64,000 bases of DNA from Bigelowiella natans CCMP2755 (taxonomy: Eukaryota; Protista; Cercozoa): assembly GCA_000320545.1 (NCBI GenBank), contig ADNK01000489.1, forward strand, positions 124,001 to 188,000, in the 5' to 3' direction. The notes under the pieces were generated by a model, which saw nothing but the letters and a program-made list of their open reading frames with translations, made no database searches and was not told the origin of the DNA. Shown one piece after another: positions 12,795 to 25,925 of the stretch (the first letter of the stretch is position 1; each line of letters starts with the position of its first letter). A program made the position numbers and the translations under genes.

Positions 12795-14316
12795 AAGTAT
12801 CTATGTTAACGGTCGGTAACGTGCCTTCCTCTTCCTTATCGCGCGCCAGCAGCTTAAGTAGCTTCTCTGCGTCGGTTTGTTTTCGAGTAGGCTGATGATA
12901 TTTATCGCAAGGAGGACCGCCAATTTTAAACCAAAAAAACAACCATAAATCAGGTACTTATATATCATGGTAGCTGTGATTGACATTCATCACAGCAGAG
13001 GATGATAATGCATGGAGCAATTGTGCCGCAGCGCGACAGCATCGAGAGTCCTGTAGCGTGAATTCACAACCAGAATTTATGGCGCCAAGAAACACATTAT
13101 TTGTTTTCAAGTTCATTTGTGTACTACTGCAATCTTACTGCAGCAGCCTTTGCGGCTTTGGATGCTTGTGCAGCGGCGGCAGCCTCCTGTTGTCTCCTAT
13201 CTTCCCTCACTTTCAGCACCCTTCTCTTTGCCTGTTGAACGAAATAGGAAGGGCGGTGCTGCCGATTAGTTTGCCTCCTTCCAATTGGGAGAATAAAAGT
13301 GACCACCACCTTATCCACCATCTCATTTACGATAAGCCTTTTCTTTGCGTTTGTGAGAGAAGCTTTAGCCGCCTAGATAGATAGCAGGCAGTGGGTAATG
13401 CGTCGCGAGAAGAGCAAGAAGAAGAAGAAGAAGAAGGGTCCACCTATATCACGGCGGGATAACTATGAGAGTACCTGCAATTTAGCGAAAGCCTCCTGAG
13501 CGCGGTCTCTCATTTCTTCTGGCACTTTGTCAGGGTGGCACCTCAGGGAGACCTTCACAAACACAGCAGCAGGCAGCAGGCAATAAGCATAAGCAACCAA
13601 CAAACGAGGGGATCAAACTTCTCGAGCGAACAATGGAAGGCGCGCACCACAACGACGACTGTAGAGGCGCGCCCCGTTATAATTTTTTTTCGAAATTCGT
13701 GGGATAACCTTTCGAAAATGCTTCTGAATCTGCGTCCCAGAAGCGCTGTACCTGAGAAACATGCATGTATTTTTATTTTCCAACGTTCCGTCTATGGTTT
13801 ATGTACACGTATATATTTTCCAACGTTCCGTTTATGGTTTATGATGTATGTGGTTTTAGGAGGAGGAATGGTTTCATGTGTTGTACGGAAGGTCGAGGAT
13901 AGCAAAAGGGTCCAGTTTAAATGCGCCGATAATCCTATCGATCTCAATCTGATTTGGTGGTTAGGGAAGGAGTGAATGAACGGGCCATTCATGTTAGTAC
14001 GTAATGAGTGCCGGCCGACCTTTCTTTCAAGCATCGAGAACATACTCTCCATCTCCCGAGGAACCTCGTAAACCATCCTAAGGTTCATTCAGATGATAAA
14101 TGTCAATAGTTTCTCGTTTTACTCTTGATAATTTCGCACTCACTCCTGGAGGTTGGCTGGTTTCAAGTTGAACGGGTTCTCTCGTCCATCAACCTTCACG
14201 GGATAACGGCCATTGACCAGCGGCCCACAGATCTTTCCGATGATACCATTGTACTTGGCGTTCTTGAGGTTGTGGATCTCGACTTCGGTGCCCTCTGCGA
14301 ACGTGGCCGCCGCCAT
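10685..14316 (-). CDS. DNAJC8: DnaJ homolog subfamily C member 8-like J-domain protein with an N-terminal SH3/KOW-like module (multi-exon)
   Basis: Exons give IEIDRIIGAFKLDPFAILDLPYSASGTQIQKHFRK-VSLRCHPDKVPEEMRDRAQEAFAKL (J domain with HPD), WRKRQLLK, WVEGREKRVGSWRNF and C-terminal DRDYIKRSVILT-stop. This resembles plant/algal DNAJC8. ATG at 14316. Confidence 0.85.
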
Positions 14317-15520
14317 CCTTGCCCAGTCGTGTGAATGAAATGAAATTCCTAGTTCCTAGATTGTGGGAGAAGATGGTGAAGGAAAAACATGCAAATTAAT
14401 TAATTGACATGCAGAACACCAGAATACCTCACTTCATTATTCATCATCCTTTCATCTCGAAGAAACTCTGGATATTTGTTCAAATGGAAATCCAGGAAAA
14501 TGCCGGGGCAATCGGGGGAATTCCAGCGGTTTTTGGACATTCCCTTTTTCTTCTGTTTCCTATTTTTGGACTGGAAACACATCTGCAAGAGGGGGCCATA
14601 CTGGCGAAATTACGACAGGATTGCGAGACGCTGCATTTCCTGGATTTTGGCCTAAATTAGGTGTTCTTGATGCACAAGAAAAAAACGGAGTGCAAAAACC
14701 CTTTAAAAAAGGAGTGCTTTTCACAACTTCTCTCGTTGACTTTCGGTGCTTCTGCGTGGCACCACGGGCTTGTCGTTTTGAGTACGATATCGTAGTCTAC
14801 AAGCTGTAGAACAATGCATTTTCGTGTGCACGTCCAACTTCAAAAAGGCACAGTGTCACCCATCGCCAGAATTTGTTGTCAGCTCTAAATTATTCCATTG
14901 AATCACAGATTATCTCATGAATCTGTCGTAATTTTCATTAATACGAGTAAATAATAAAAAATATCTCAACATGATGTCGGAATACGTTGGTTTTTCCGAA
15001 GGCTTCAATCTGATTTTCTCTTGGAAAACTCGTACTTGGAGACGCGCCAGAGATGGCTCATGGGACGATCGAAAATGGCTCTCTCTTCTGTTACCCCGAG
15101 ATCACACATTTTCAGTACAAAATTAGATGTTTCTCTGATTTTCTACTCTCTTACGAATTTCAGAATATGCCTCACTCAAATAATCTTCTGTGAACGAGCA
15201 AAAAGAAATTATCTATTGGAAGAAGTTTAGTAGTAAATAATATAATACTGCTTTTTCGAGTTTTCCAGATTTCATATCCTGCAAGATTTGAAATTTTGCT
15301 CTGAAAGCGGAAGTTGTTGAGCAAGTATGAAAAATAGAAAGCTTCCAGCGACCTTTTCTAAACGAACTCCCTTCCCTCGGAGGTTTGGGTGGTAAAAGAT
15401 GAGTTTTATTTTCACAAGAAAAATGAAAATTTATTTGTCGTTATCAATAAATCTAATACATTTTTTGTGAGTAAGTGATTTTCCTTCGCAGTTGATATGC
15501 TGAAGGTTATCGTTCACTGA

Positions 15521-17900
15521 ATGAAGCTGGGACGGAAGAAAGCTCCCCCCTCCAAAACCATCGCTTCTCTCAGCCAAAGGTTCCTCATTCTCACTTGCAT
15601 CCGTTCTTCCTACGTTAATTAAGATTGTCGACCTGCATTTCAGGAACTTTGTCTGTTAAAAGAGGAGAAAGAGCTCGCTAGAGCACATCTAGCTGTGTCA
15701 TCTGCGTTCAATCTAATGTCTTATAGGCTTGCTGCCTCCTCCACGTGCTTTGAGACGTACTTTTCATATTTTATTCTTTCCCCAAATTTTGGCTCACGTT
15801 CAAATGACAGTTCAAGATTCCAAAATACCTCGACAACTCGGACAATGTTTCAATAATGTTTACAGACATCGAGCAAATTCAAAAAGCGGAACTGGAAAAG
15901 CTGACGCGGTAACATTAGTCTGATCTGACAGTATACATCCCTTTCTTATCATCGTATTTCAATGAATAGGCTTGTGGAACTAGTGATAAGTCCACCCAAA
16001 CAGAATCTGCCGGTATTTTCGGAGGTAATTATCATAATAGTTTTTTTGTTTTCATGGCGAGATGTAAAGCGACGGGCACTAGAGAAAGCCAATTATACAT
16101 GGCATCACTAATTTTTCCGTTCTGTCTCTATTTTTCCCGTTCTGTCTCCCCTAGTCGCAGAGAACCTCGACGCTATCGCATCAGAATTTAAGAAGATCCT
16201 GGATGAACGATATACGAATCACAATGATTTCAAACTGGATGAACAACATACGAGTTCCACGGAGACTTCGCCAGAATCTAGACCGATGTCGCCCACACAG
16301 ATTACAAATAGAAACAAACCCGAGGACAACATAGGGGAGCTGGTGGTAGCCTATAACCCTCAAGCAATAGATCCCAAAACTGGCGCGGTACCCTAAAACA
16401 GCATTACAGAATTTGAGCAATTATGTGATTCCGTAGTTTAGATTTCCTCTCGTTCTGAAGAACGTTCTCGATTTCCTTAGGTTGTATCTCTTTGTCGGGA
16501 TCATAAAACTGGGAAATTGGCCTGGGTGAATTCCGGCATGGAACCATTGCAGCCTCAGGCGTTATGTGTGGATCAAAGGTTCAACCATCCTGCTATCTAA
16601 CCTCTATCCTACGCATTCAATTTCTGGGCGAGAAATGAGTTATTTTTTATCTAGAACCGGAAAGACTTGCTGGCTATCGGTACCTGAAGCTCTAAGCCAG
16701 ATTCGCAAAAGAGTGTACCATAGGGTAATTTCACAAACAAACAAAAAAATGATTAGTTCTGGACTAGGTTCCCGTTATCTTTCGGCTACTGTATAATACC
16801 GGGCTCTTCTCATTTGTGCGAAATACTCAGTCGGACGAAAGAACGGGGCAGTACGACCAGCAAGCAATCATTAGTAGTGCCACCTGTAGTCCATATAATC
16901 CAATAGTACCAAATTCAAATGGTTCCCCTGTCCAAAGCGCACGTAGTCCGCTGACTACAAAAATGACGACAGCTGGGCGTTCACTAGGAACAAAAACAGA
17001 AGTATCCATAAAAATATCTTCGCATGGTGGTACACGGAAGGCATGGCAGCCAAAACTTCGTGAATCACACTTGATTTCGGCCTCGGGTATCACTAAAGCG
17101 TTGGCAATTAATCCTGCCCGTATGAGGCAGTCAACAGCTGCATCGGCAACAGAAAGATCAACAGGTCCCACGACGACTTCTGCCTCCTTAGAATATTCTT
17201 CAAAGACAAAGCGAATGCAGAATCAACATCCAGGGATCCCTATCTCGAAAGGAGGCGGTCCTCACAAGGTGGGCGATTACATCTGGCGTTTCTCCGCTTT
17301 GAGTGATCAATGTCAAAAACCGATTTTCTCTCGATCAGGAACAGAGGGTGGATAGCAAATACGGCAAAGAGTTAAATGGAGACAGCTTAAAAACCGGAAG
17401 AAAGAACCGACGTAGTTCTCGGAGCACAAAGGTAGGAAAATCGATATTTCAACTAGCAATGGTCCGAAAGTCTTTCTGTTTTCTATGACCAGGTCGCTAA
17501 AGTTCAGTATGGTAAACACCGGGGTAGAGATGAAAGCACCGCTACAAAGCGTAAACGGCCATCGTAATATGCATATTATCATATTTCTTGCCTTCCCCTC
17601 TGTTCTAAACCTACAAGAGGTTCACACTAGCTCGATTATCTTACGACTGAACGTATTTATGGGTACAGATCAAGACTTAAAAACTGCACTTCATCTTCGA
17701 AGAGATATTCCAGAAGTAGAGTGAGAGCTGCTACGAAGGTACACGGAGGAGATCGCTTTTGTATTTTTTAGGAGGTAGAGAAGGGTATGTTGTGGATAGT
17801 TTGGGAAAATGCAGTCCTCGTGCAGTAATAGTCTTCCTTTGATCCAATTAGAAGGCCACCAATTCTGACTGTCCAGTAGACTCAGACACTTGTAATCAGA
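15521..17900 (+). CDS. Hypothetical multi-exon protein (boundaries uncertain)
   Basis: A series of AG..GT-bounded open segments: MKLGRKKAPPSK..., VAENLDAIASEFKKILDER..., VVSLCRDHKTGKLAW, TGKTCWLSVPEAL and ORF 16816-17355. No family recognised. Confidence 0.35.
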
Positions 17901-18179
17901 CCAAAATAAATCATATTTCCCAGTCGGGGCGCACTCAAACACCAACCATAAGTCATAATTCCGCCCTAGATGCTCTGAGTTTTGTAGCTATCAGGGCAGT
18001 GAGACGTGAAACTAATGGTCTGTCTCCATAATGAATTATCAACCTTCAGTGCCTAGTGATCATCCTTCTTAGTGAAAGAGAAGTCATTGTTAATATTTCC
18101 CTAATTAGCGAGCACGAAGTGTTAAGTGTAAATATTAAAAGTATCCGGTGAAAAATATTTGCACTATATTATTAAAGCA

Positions 18180-18750
18180 ACATTTCTAGTTGTCGAGATC
18201 ATGCTATCGGTAAGACTCGCGTTGATGATAAGAAGCACTGTGCTCATTCCTAGATTCGTTTACTATAGCTATGTCCTGCTTGGCAGTGCTGCATTCATAC
18301 GCACAGCACTAGAACAGGATTACGACTTCATGGTGCATGCAGCACACCTTCGATGCTACAATCTAGCGCAATGCGAAGTACATGTCAACAGCAATGCCGT
18401 GGCTGAGCAATTGAAGATTCTTCATGCCGTAGCTTGGGTTAAAGCGAAAAGCTCGCAGCAAATAAAGCATGCGCGCCTAGCTAGCTAGGGGACCAACAAG
18501 TCATTCATGATGTTAGATGTAAACATGGACATTTCTAGATCTAGACATGCGCATGTGGTCAAATGGCTCTGCTACACGGCGCACATCTATATACCATAGC
18601 GACATGCTACATGGCCATGTATGACGAGTCGCATTTATGTGACAATAAATTACAAAAGTCACGACTACGTCTGCATAGCTAGACATCACAATTATTAGTG
18701 CAATGAGTGGAACGGAATGTGCCCGCCTAGCCTAACCGTTTGCATCTTTT
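18180..18750. repeat. CpG-decayed intergenic island 2
   Basis: Runs such as CTAGCTAGCTAG and TCTAGATCTAGACATG, with many CATG/TGCA. Confidence 0.6.
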
Positions 18751-18753
18751 TTG

Positions 18754-20011
18754 CTACGTTTGAGTACCATCTATGCTGTGCTTTTCCATGTGGACAGCGA
18801 CAAGTTGTTGTTGGGTAGCAGATAATTCTGACTTTTCGCAAACGCACCGAACAATCTCGGCAAGTACATTTTTATCGGATCCAGCGACTTCAAAGGCGTA
18901 TGCAAGAGCTTCGTCTTGTTTTTGAAGTTCCATGTTCTCATCGAAACGCTTCTCTAACAATATCTTTATGTACTCCCTGCATGTATAGATTCCACTCTTA
19001 AGGATATGATAACTCGAAAATCAACAAGTAAATGTCCTTGTCCTACGGAAAATCTACCTTATAATCCACTGTTTATGCTCTTTTAATTGCCAGCCATGTG
19101 CTGCCAACTTCAAGATATTCTGAAGTAGAAAACAACTTCATTTCTTATATTTTATCCGTGGTTAGTGCTACATCTTCTCTCGTTCTCTCCGTTCTTTTTG
19201 GTATATGGGCGTTATGTTGAGAAGCAAAACCAGAATCGAGAAGCATCGCGTCCTGTAAAAATCGTGCTTTTTGGAGAGTTGGAGTACAAACATGATCTCT
19301 TCCACACTTTTTTGGCTCAGTGTGCTAGTGTGATCGCAGAATCTCAAGATGTGGCCCATCCATCGAGAAACGAAGTTACTGGTCGGTGGTACACTTAATG
19401 ACTCTACCATGCCGTATATCTTATATCGCAACTCCTGATACCAACAGCACACATGTAAGGAAGGAGAAAGTATCAGAATGAAGGGAGTAGTCTTCGGAAC
19501 TCCTAGGGTGCTAACATACCACATTTCTGGCTCATTGCATGTGATGATCAAGCTTGTTAAACAAATGATATTGAATTCCATCATGTTTCCAAAGTGTACT
19601 CAATACATCACAGCAGCCCAAAGCAAGCAATCATTTATCATCACGTAGAAGTCAAACCCGAGATATGTTCCTGTTTCTGAACGCTGCGCTAGCAGCCCTA
19701 ATGAAGCAACCACGCGAAATAGTATGGTCCAGCGACAGCTCGTGGAGTTTCATCAACCACCGCATGGCCGCCTTCAGTCTTTTGTGGTTCTCGTTATCGC
19801 TGTGGCTAATAGCGTCCTCTACTTCTACCACTACTTCTTCTTCGTGAAAGAGGTACCAAGCAAGAGCGTTTATATAGCCGTTGTCGTTGTATACTCTCAG
19901 ATTCGGGTTGAGAAAGGTCAGGCAGCCTAGGCTCCTCTTGATGGCGAACTCGTACGCAGTGGGGGGATACGAAGCAATCTCGAGGCAGAGTGACTGCGTG
20001 CATTGGTTCAT
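18754..20011 (-). CDS. Hypothetical helical protein (multi-exon)
   Basis: Three colinear minus-strand ORFs with globular, protein-like composition (19652-20011, 19168-19584, 18754-18960), separated by short intron-like gaps. Confidence 0.5.
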
Positions 20012-20313
20012 ATTATCAATAATTTATGAAACCGGAACGAGCAAAAGGCGAATAGAAGAAAAGGGATTATTACCGCTTTGGATGGAGGAATTAATCTGCA
20101 CATCTCGTCGTGCACCATCGCACAATATTCAAACTGAAAACCGATGAATCGTCAGCAGAAGAAGTAGCGATGAAGATGATCAAGTACATTCTTACGCTCA
20201 GCAGCAAATTTCATTGCTTCCCTGTGATATTATTTCGGATTTATTATGAGGAATTCACATACTTGTTCTCAAAATTAAATTACATTTTGTCGGAAATTAA
20301 GACTAGTGCAATT

Positions 20314-21882
20314 TTATTCTGACATGTATTTCTGCTGCCATTTCTTCCGCGTCTTTAACTTCATCTCTGGTTTCGCCTGTGAGGAAGAGAACAGAGCAGC
20401 CTCTTCCCAGATGGGTTTGATAAAGTTTTCAACTTGATTCATACTCCTGAATTTTGATTTTTGTGCCAATGTGCTGGGAGTTTCGTCTTCATCTTCCATT
20501 TCCACTAGATCTGCCCACTCGTTGTCAGCAGAAGTCCTACGGGACACCGCTGTCTGCTGCTTGGTATCGATCTTTGTTTTTGTTGCTGTTACAATATCCG
20601 TGTCAGATGCTACCGTCATCTTCTCATTTCCCTCTTTTCGTGCTATTAAATTTGTGCTATTGCCGTCGTCCCGAGCCTCCTGCTCCTCCCCCTCCTTCTT
20701 CGCAATTGGATGAATTAACTCTTCCTTGGCCCTGAAGTTCGAGTCCTTGATCCATTCCTGAAAACGACCTTGGTCACCATTGATACGGAATGCAGATTCT
20801 ATTTTTTGCCTGAACGTGGAAAGGCGACGACAGTCACAGCCTCTTAGGTACCAGAACATCGCTCGATCATAATCACGGCGCACTACCGCTGCCATCATTG
20901 CCCAGCAACAGCCTTCCATGTACTGATCAGATTTTATGGAAGGTTTGCACTGCTCAATGAATTGAAATAGCCAATCTTCGGCACGCACCTGGTCTCCAAG
21001 AAGCCCCCATCCCTGTATCAGTTCCAGGTAGTTCTGCGGGATTATCTCCACGTCAAATTCATCTCTCGCCATCAGCAAAAGTTTAGAGGCTCCGTTAACG
21101 AGATCTAGGTGCCGTTCGAATTCAGATTGACCCTCCTTCTCAGATCCTTGATAAGACGCTGCATTCTCAATATCTTGAAGAGAGGCCTGAGTTATGCCAT
21201 CGCATTTCTTCAGATAGAAACTCAAAAATGCATTTGTTGTCTCCGTCTTTCCACCACATGATGTCTCTATTTCAAGAGCAAGTCGTAAAGATGACTCAAT
21301 TCTATCCATTGCTCCATTTAAAGTAAATTGCTTCGCAAACTCATAGAAAATTTCCGAAGGAAAGGGGTATCCAGCTTTATACAGCTTTTGGAAGCGGCTA
21401 TCCAAGTCTATCAGATGAGAAGTTGATCCAACAAAAGAGAGGATCTTAGCATCGTTTATCCATCTATTCTGGAACTTGGCAACATCACTAGGGCTACTTG
21501 GAGGTGGCTGATATTGCATCGAATCGAGGTACGAAATCACGTCCAGATACTTATCTGTATCCATCCTTGATCTGGAGTTCGTTCCGAAGTCTTTCTTCAT
21601 ACATCGGCCTCTCCATAACTTTTCCTCAACCGAAGGAAAACAATCCTGAACGGAGAGCTTTGGATTATAACGCTTCTTCCCAGAAGAGCCAGAGAGGCTC
21701 GAGAACGAGCAAGCGAATGCGCTCGTGGAAGACGACGACGAGGAAGACGATGAGGAGCCAACACTCCAGTGCGTCTGGGGGGGGGCTACAGAGGATGGCT
21801 TCCTTTTATGCACAGTGGTTGCAAGTCCACGCGGTAGCGCTGAGGCCTGCAGCAGAAGTAGCCTTGAAATCTTCGATGACAT
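20314..21882 (-). CDS. Intronless 522-aa protein with a likely mitochondrial presequence and PPR/TPR-like helical repeats
   Basis: Long uninterrupted ORF. Ser/Arg-rich, acid-free N-terminus (MSSKISRLLLLQASALPRGLATT). Segments PQNYLELIQGWGLLGDQVRAEDWL and WAMMAAVVRRDYDRAMFWY resemble PPR/TPR units. Confidence 0.7.
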   Translation of the reverse strand: MSSKISRLLLLQASALPRGLATTVHKRKPSSVAPPQTHWSVGSSSSSSSSSSTSAFACSFSSLSGSSGKKRYNPKLSVQDCFPSVEEKLWRGRCMKKDFGTNSRSRMDTDKYLDVISYLDSMQYQPPPSSPSDVAKFQNRWINDAKILSFVGSTSHLIDLDSRFQKLYKAGYPFPSEIFYEFAKQFTLNGAMDRIESSLRLALEIETSCGGKTETTNAFLSFYLKKCDGITQASLQDIENAASYQGSEKEGQSEFERHLDLVNGASKLLLMARDEFDVEIIPQNYLELIQGWGLLGDQVRAEDWLFQFIEQCKPSIKSDQYMEGCCWAMMAAVVRRDYDRAMFWYLRGCDCRRLSTFRQKIESAFRINGDQGRFQEWIKDSNFRAKEELIHPIAKKEGEEQEARDDGNSTNLIARKEGNEKMTVASDTDIVTATKTKIDTKQQTAVSRRTSADNEWADLVEMEDEDETPSTLAQKSKFRSMNQVENFIKPIWEEAALFSSSQAKPEMKLKTRKKWQQKYMSE

Positions 21883-22042
21883 TGCTGTTTACTTTCAGGT
21901 GGGGGGCAGCGATTCGTAGCGATTATTATCCGATAAAATCGTACGGATATTGCAAGTCGCAACTGTGAAGCAGCCGATATCATTGCAGATGTTATCCTTC
22001 TACGCGAAGACAATACTTCTTATGATGTTCCTCGCATAGAAA

Positions 22043-24540
22043 ATGATCGTACTGGCGCTGAGTATTGTTGCTATTATTGGTTAAAAAGCATGCATGTGAA
22101 GGAAGGAAGACATCGTTGCCACCCCGGATTCCAACCGAAATGCGAGAATCATAAAATTGTAGGGGAATTTATGTGATCGTCATGAGTTTTTATAGGTCTT
22201 AGTATATATTTCCCCTCTCCTTTTTGCTTCAACGCTGTACCTGATTTGGAAAGTGGTACCGAGCTGTGAAGGGAAGGAGGAGGACGCCTGGAGGAGCTGC
22301 GAACACGAGCAAGGGGCACGGGAAGAGGAACCGGACCTTGCTTAACCTCCTCTTCTGCACAAATATCAACACTAAATCGTGGAGTTAAACGATGGGTGAT
22401 TACTTTTTTGTGGTGCTCCCGTACCTCGACATGAAAGGAAATCTTTATACCGACAGGTGCGTGTTGCTCCTTACTGCTGGGAAAGCACAAATCCTACGAG
22501 AAGGTATTTCTCACATAAATGGATTTATGTATGGATATTGTGGACATCTTGGAGAGGGACCCGTAGCGATTCGGACTAATTCGTTGTGGGAATTAGAGTC
22601 AGTTGTGATGATACTCTGGTATGTTCTTCCTTTCTTCTCCTCCTCCTCCTTCTCCTTCTTCTCCTTCTTAAGGTTACAGCGCAAGAAGGGAAACATACAG
22701 GGTAGCCTCACAACTATATCTCCACGAGCATTGTACTAATGACTCATGACAACATTAGCTTGGAGCTGCAAGAAGCTAGCACCGATCTGGGCGCTACTAG
22801 AAAGGAGAGAACAGTATCTGGGGGACGCTTGGGTATTTCTCTCTGCATCATGAACAAAATGAGGATTCCGATCCTTCCCATCATTTCTGTGTTTTTAGAA
22901 CCCAGTGCACCTTAATGAAGAATGCCTTCTTCTCTCTTTTGATGCCCCGACAGAGCTTATCTTCTTGTCGTCAATTTGTTAGATGGCTCACTTCCTTTCG
23001 ATGGGAAAAAAAAGGCAAAGAGAAAATTCGGAGGGTCTACCGCCCCGGTAAGTTGCCACCATAAAAACGCTAAACGGATCCAAATCATGCACGTGTATCC
23101 GAGATTGTATAATTTTTTCAAATGTGCAGACGTTGGCTCCCCCCCCAGAGGATTTGGAAAGGATGGTTGCTCTCCAACTTATCTAATTCTAAAATTTATC
23201 ATCTCAAACATTATTGCCATTGTTAGGTGTCCTTCTCCTTATCTTGTTTTACCTTGCTACCCAACTGAATCCAACAGCGCTAAGCATTATATCAATAATT
23301 ATAGAGGGACGAGCTGCGGGTCAAGTTGCGAAAATTCTTCAAGACTCATAACCCTTCCCAAGCTAGTAAGATTTACGCTGATGAAACTATACACATCCTT
23401 TCTTGGTGTAACTATTTATTGTTTCCTTCACAGATCCTAAGAGTCTAGCGCACATCGTCTCCTTCTATACAAGCTTTGATACAATAGCAACGCTCAATTC
23501 ACGTCTGAAGTAATAATGCCAACCCCGCTGTAGTTCCTCGTCAAATCTGGACCTCTTCACCATCATTTAACTTGCATTCTTTGTTATGGTATACCGTCAT
23601 CATCACTACAGGGATAAATATGGTGTAGATCTCACATCTGTGGAAGAGGGTCATAATGGCGAAAATTACATTAAATTTGGAGGGGCACAGAGCAGCGATG
23701 GACAAGATCAAACAGATGCCCTTCCCCCATCTCCAGAGGTCAAAATGGATGATGAGGGTGGTGGATTAGAAGGCACTAACGTGGATGATGCCGTTGCGGT
23801 GGAGCAATCTCTCGCAGATGGTGGCGGTCAAGTCCGAGAAACAAGAGCGGATTCGGCTCTCCAGAGGGCTGCAATGTTTGAGCAGTACGTAGTGTGAGCA
23901 GCATGAGCAGTACGTAGTATGAGCAACACTGAAGAGAGTGAATACATTTCATGCTGAATGATGATAACAATGGTCAGGACTTGGCAGTCGAGTATTCCCA
24001 CCGAAAAGGTGAAGCTGATATCAAGGGCAGATTCTAAGCCTATCTTGGTAACCATTCTTCTAGTAGCTTGACGATACCATTCTTACATCCGAATAAATTT
24101 CAGGGAATAGAAGATTTGCGCGGAGCACTCGCATCTGGGCGTATGACCCTGGTCGCATCAGGCGAAACAAACGGAAACGCAAAGGTAGACAAAATTTCTT
24201 CCGGTAGTGTGCAATTATTTTTCACGCAGCACACTTCTGCTTGTTCTCCCCAGGCATACTTTTACACTTTGAGTAAAAGGAAAAATATTGTGCTTTTCGA
24301 GCTCCTTGCTGAAATGGATGAGGTGATACTCTATAATTGACTGTGTGATTCCGAATTATACCTCAAGAAGTTGTTTTCCTAGAATACTGGGCAATTCAAG
24401 GAGTACAATCTTCTGTGCAAATTTACGGAACAAGAGTACTTTTTAAGATTTTAATGTCGTATTACTATGATCTAAAGTCAATTTCAAACATCGTAAGGGC
24501 TCTGGAAGAAGCAATGAAAACCGTCAAGAATGTGCTGGTA
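22043..24540 (+). CDS. Hypothetical multi-exon membrane protein with an 'FFxxHNPxKL...KYG' module and a KH-like C-terminus
   Basis: A hydrophobic exon (VLVYISPLLFASTLYLIWK); spliced RDELRVKLRKFFKTHNPSKL-PKSLAHIVSFY...LNSRLKDKYGVDL; and IPTEKVKLI...GIEDLRG...VQIYGTR...LEEAMKTVKNVL. Ends are uncertain. Confidence 0.45.
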
Positions 24541-24559
24541 AGTTTTTAGTCATAATACT

Positions 24560-25690
24560 TTTTTAGCTATTATGTTGAAGTTTTGTGTGAGAGAACCATA
24601 ATTTTAATTCAGGGAGCTGAGGAACAGACGTGACATTGCGATGATGTTCACATGTTGTGTCCAAATCATACACACACATGTTGCATGCAACGGAACTCAA
24701 AGGTTGTTTTAGCGTGCCATTCTTCTCAAGTCTCAGAAGAGCGAGCTTATCCGTAGGTTGCAACGTGTGACTGGGCGCATGCCTTCTTTGCCGTTTGTGC
24801 AGAGCAATGTCTAGATGTCTAGATGCATCCCATCGTGTCGTTCTTCCTTCTAGCCTGGTGCCCACACTTGCGTTTAGCGTTGTCTTAACACATTGTGATT
24901 TTTCATTCGAATATTATGAATTGTGATGTACGACAGCTAGTGATCACGATCACACATTGTGCGATGTGCGATGCGTGGGCGCGCGTCTGTCCGGATTGTC
25001 ACACGATGACGCCCATCTAGCTGTTCACACACTTGCATAGTCGGCACAGCTGCACAGCCATGGCTAGCTAGCTGACGTGCACACAGACAGCCACTTGCAG
25101 ATCTGGCTAGCATGCTAGCATGGCCAGCACAAGCACTGTGCACAAGCATTGCAAAAATAATATAATAGACACAGCAACATAGCACATGTGATATGTACAT
25201 GATGTATTGCATGTCTACACTCACAATAGACACAGCAACATGGTGCACATGATGTGCATGTGACACATTGCATGTCCATTCAATCATGAAATCGAAAGGA
25301 GCAAGTGCGTTCAATTTTGGTACCTCAGCTCTTCTCAGCAGTGTTGGACGTTTCTCATGGCCCTTCTTGCATGCATCGAAACGGCGCGTGCGAGCTCATT
25401 CATTCGGCTCACATCATCATTCATGGGGTGAGTGACAAGCATGCAGGACAATGCAACAAGCAGGACCGTCAGTTCAATGAGGAGCAAGACACCTGCTCGC
25501 TAACTCTGACACTAAATTTGACACCACTGTACGCACTAAATCATGCGCTGTCATCATCATGTCATCATGTGCGTGTGTGTGCATCAAAAGAGTTGCGTTT
25601 TGATTCATTTGACTGTACTGGCAATCCTCCTCATTGCCGAGCGTGAACCTGTGATTCCTTCCTTGCGACAACAAAAAATGCGATCATCTG
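24560..25690. repeat. CpG-decayed intergenic island 3a (left flank of the GST gene)
   Basis: TCTAGATGTCTAGATGCATC, GCTAGCTAGCT, CTAGCATGCTAGCATG and similar. Confidence 0.65.
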
Positions 25691-25925
25691 CTTCGAATTG
25701 CAGGGGACTTCCATGGCGTTTGCTTCCTTAAAGGACACACAACAACACAAAATGCTATCGCGGATTCCAAGGCACAGCAGATGCTTCAATGTGCGGAGGA
25801 CGGTGCAAAGGGGAATCTACAAACCAAACAGGCTGGCTACCGTCATCGTAAGCATTCCACTTGTCCTACTCAATTTCAATACCGACAACAGAGGCACAGA
25901 ATTTGCATCTAGACGACTCACCACC

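Noticed and set aside
13776-13843. 40-bp direct duplication (TTTTCCAACGTTCCGT.TATGGTTTATG) in a DNAJC8 intron
   Set aside because: Only two adjacent copies with no spacers; a local slippage duplication, not CRISPR-like.
22758-22832. WSCKKLAPIW resembles the thioredoxin/PDI motif WCGHCKKLAPIW
   Set aside because: No upstream CxxC partner or other thioredoxin elements could be spliced on, and another frame is equally open.
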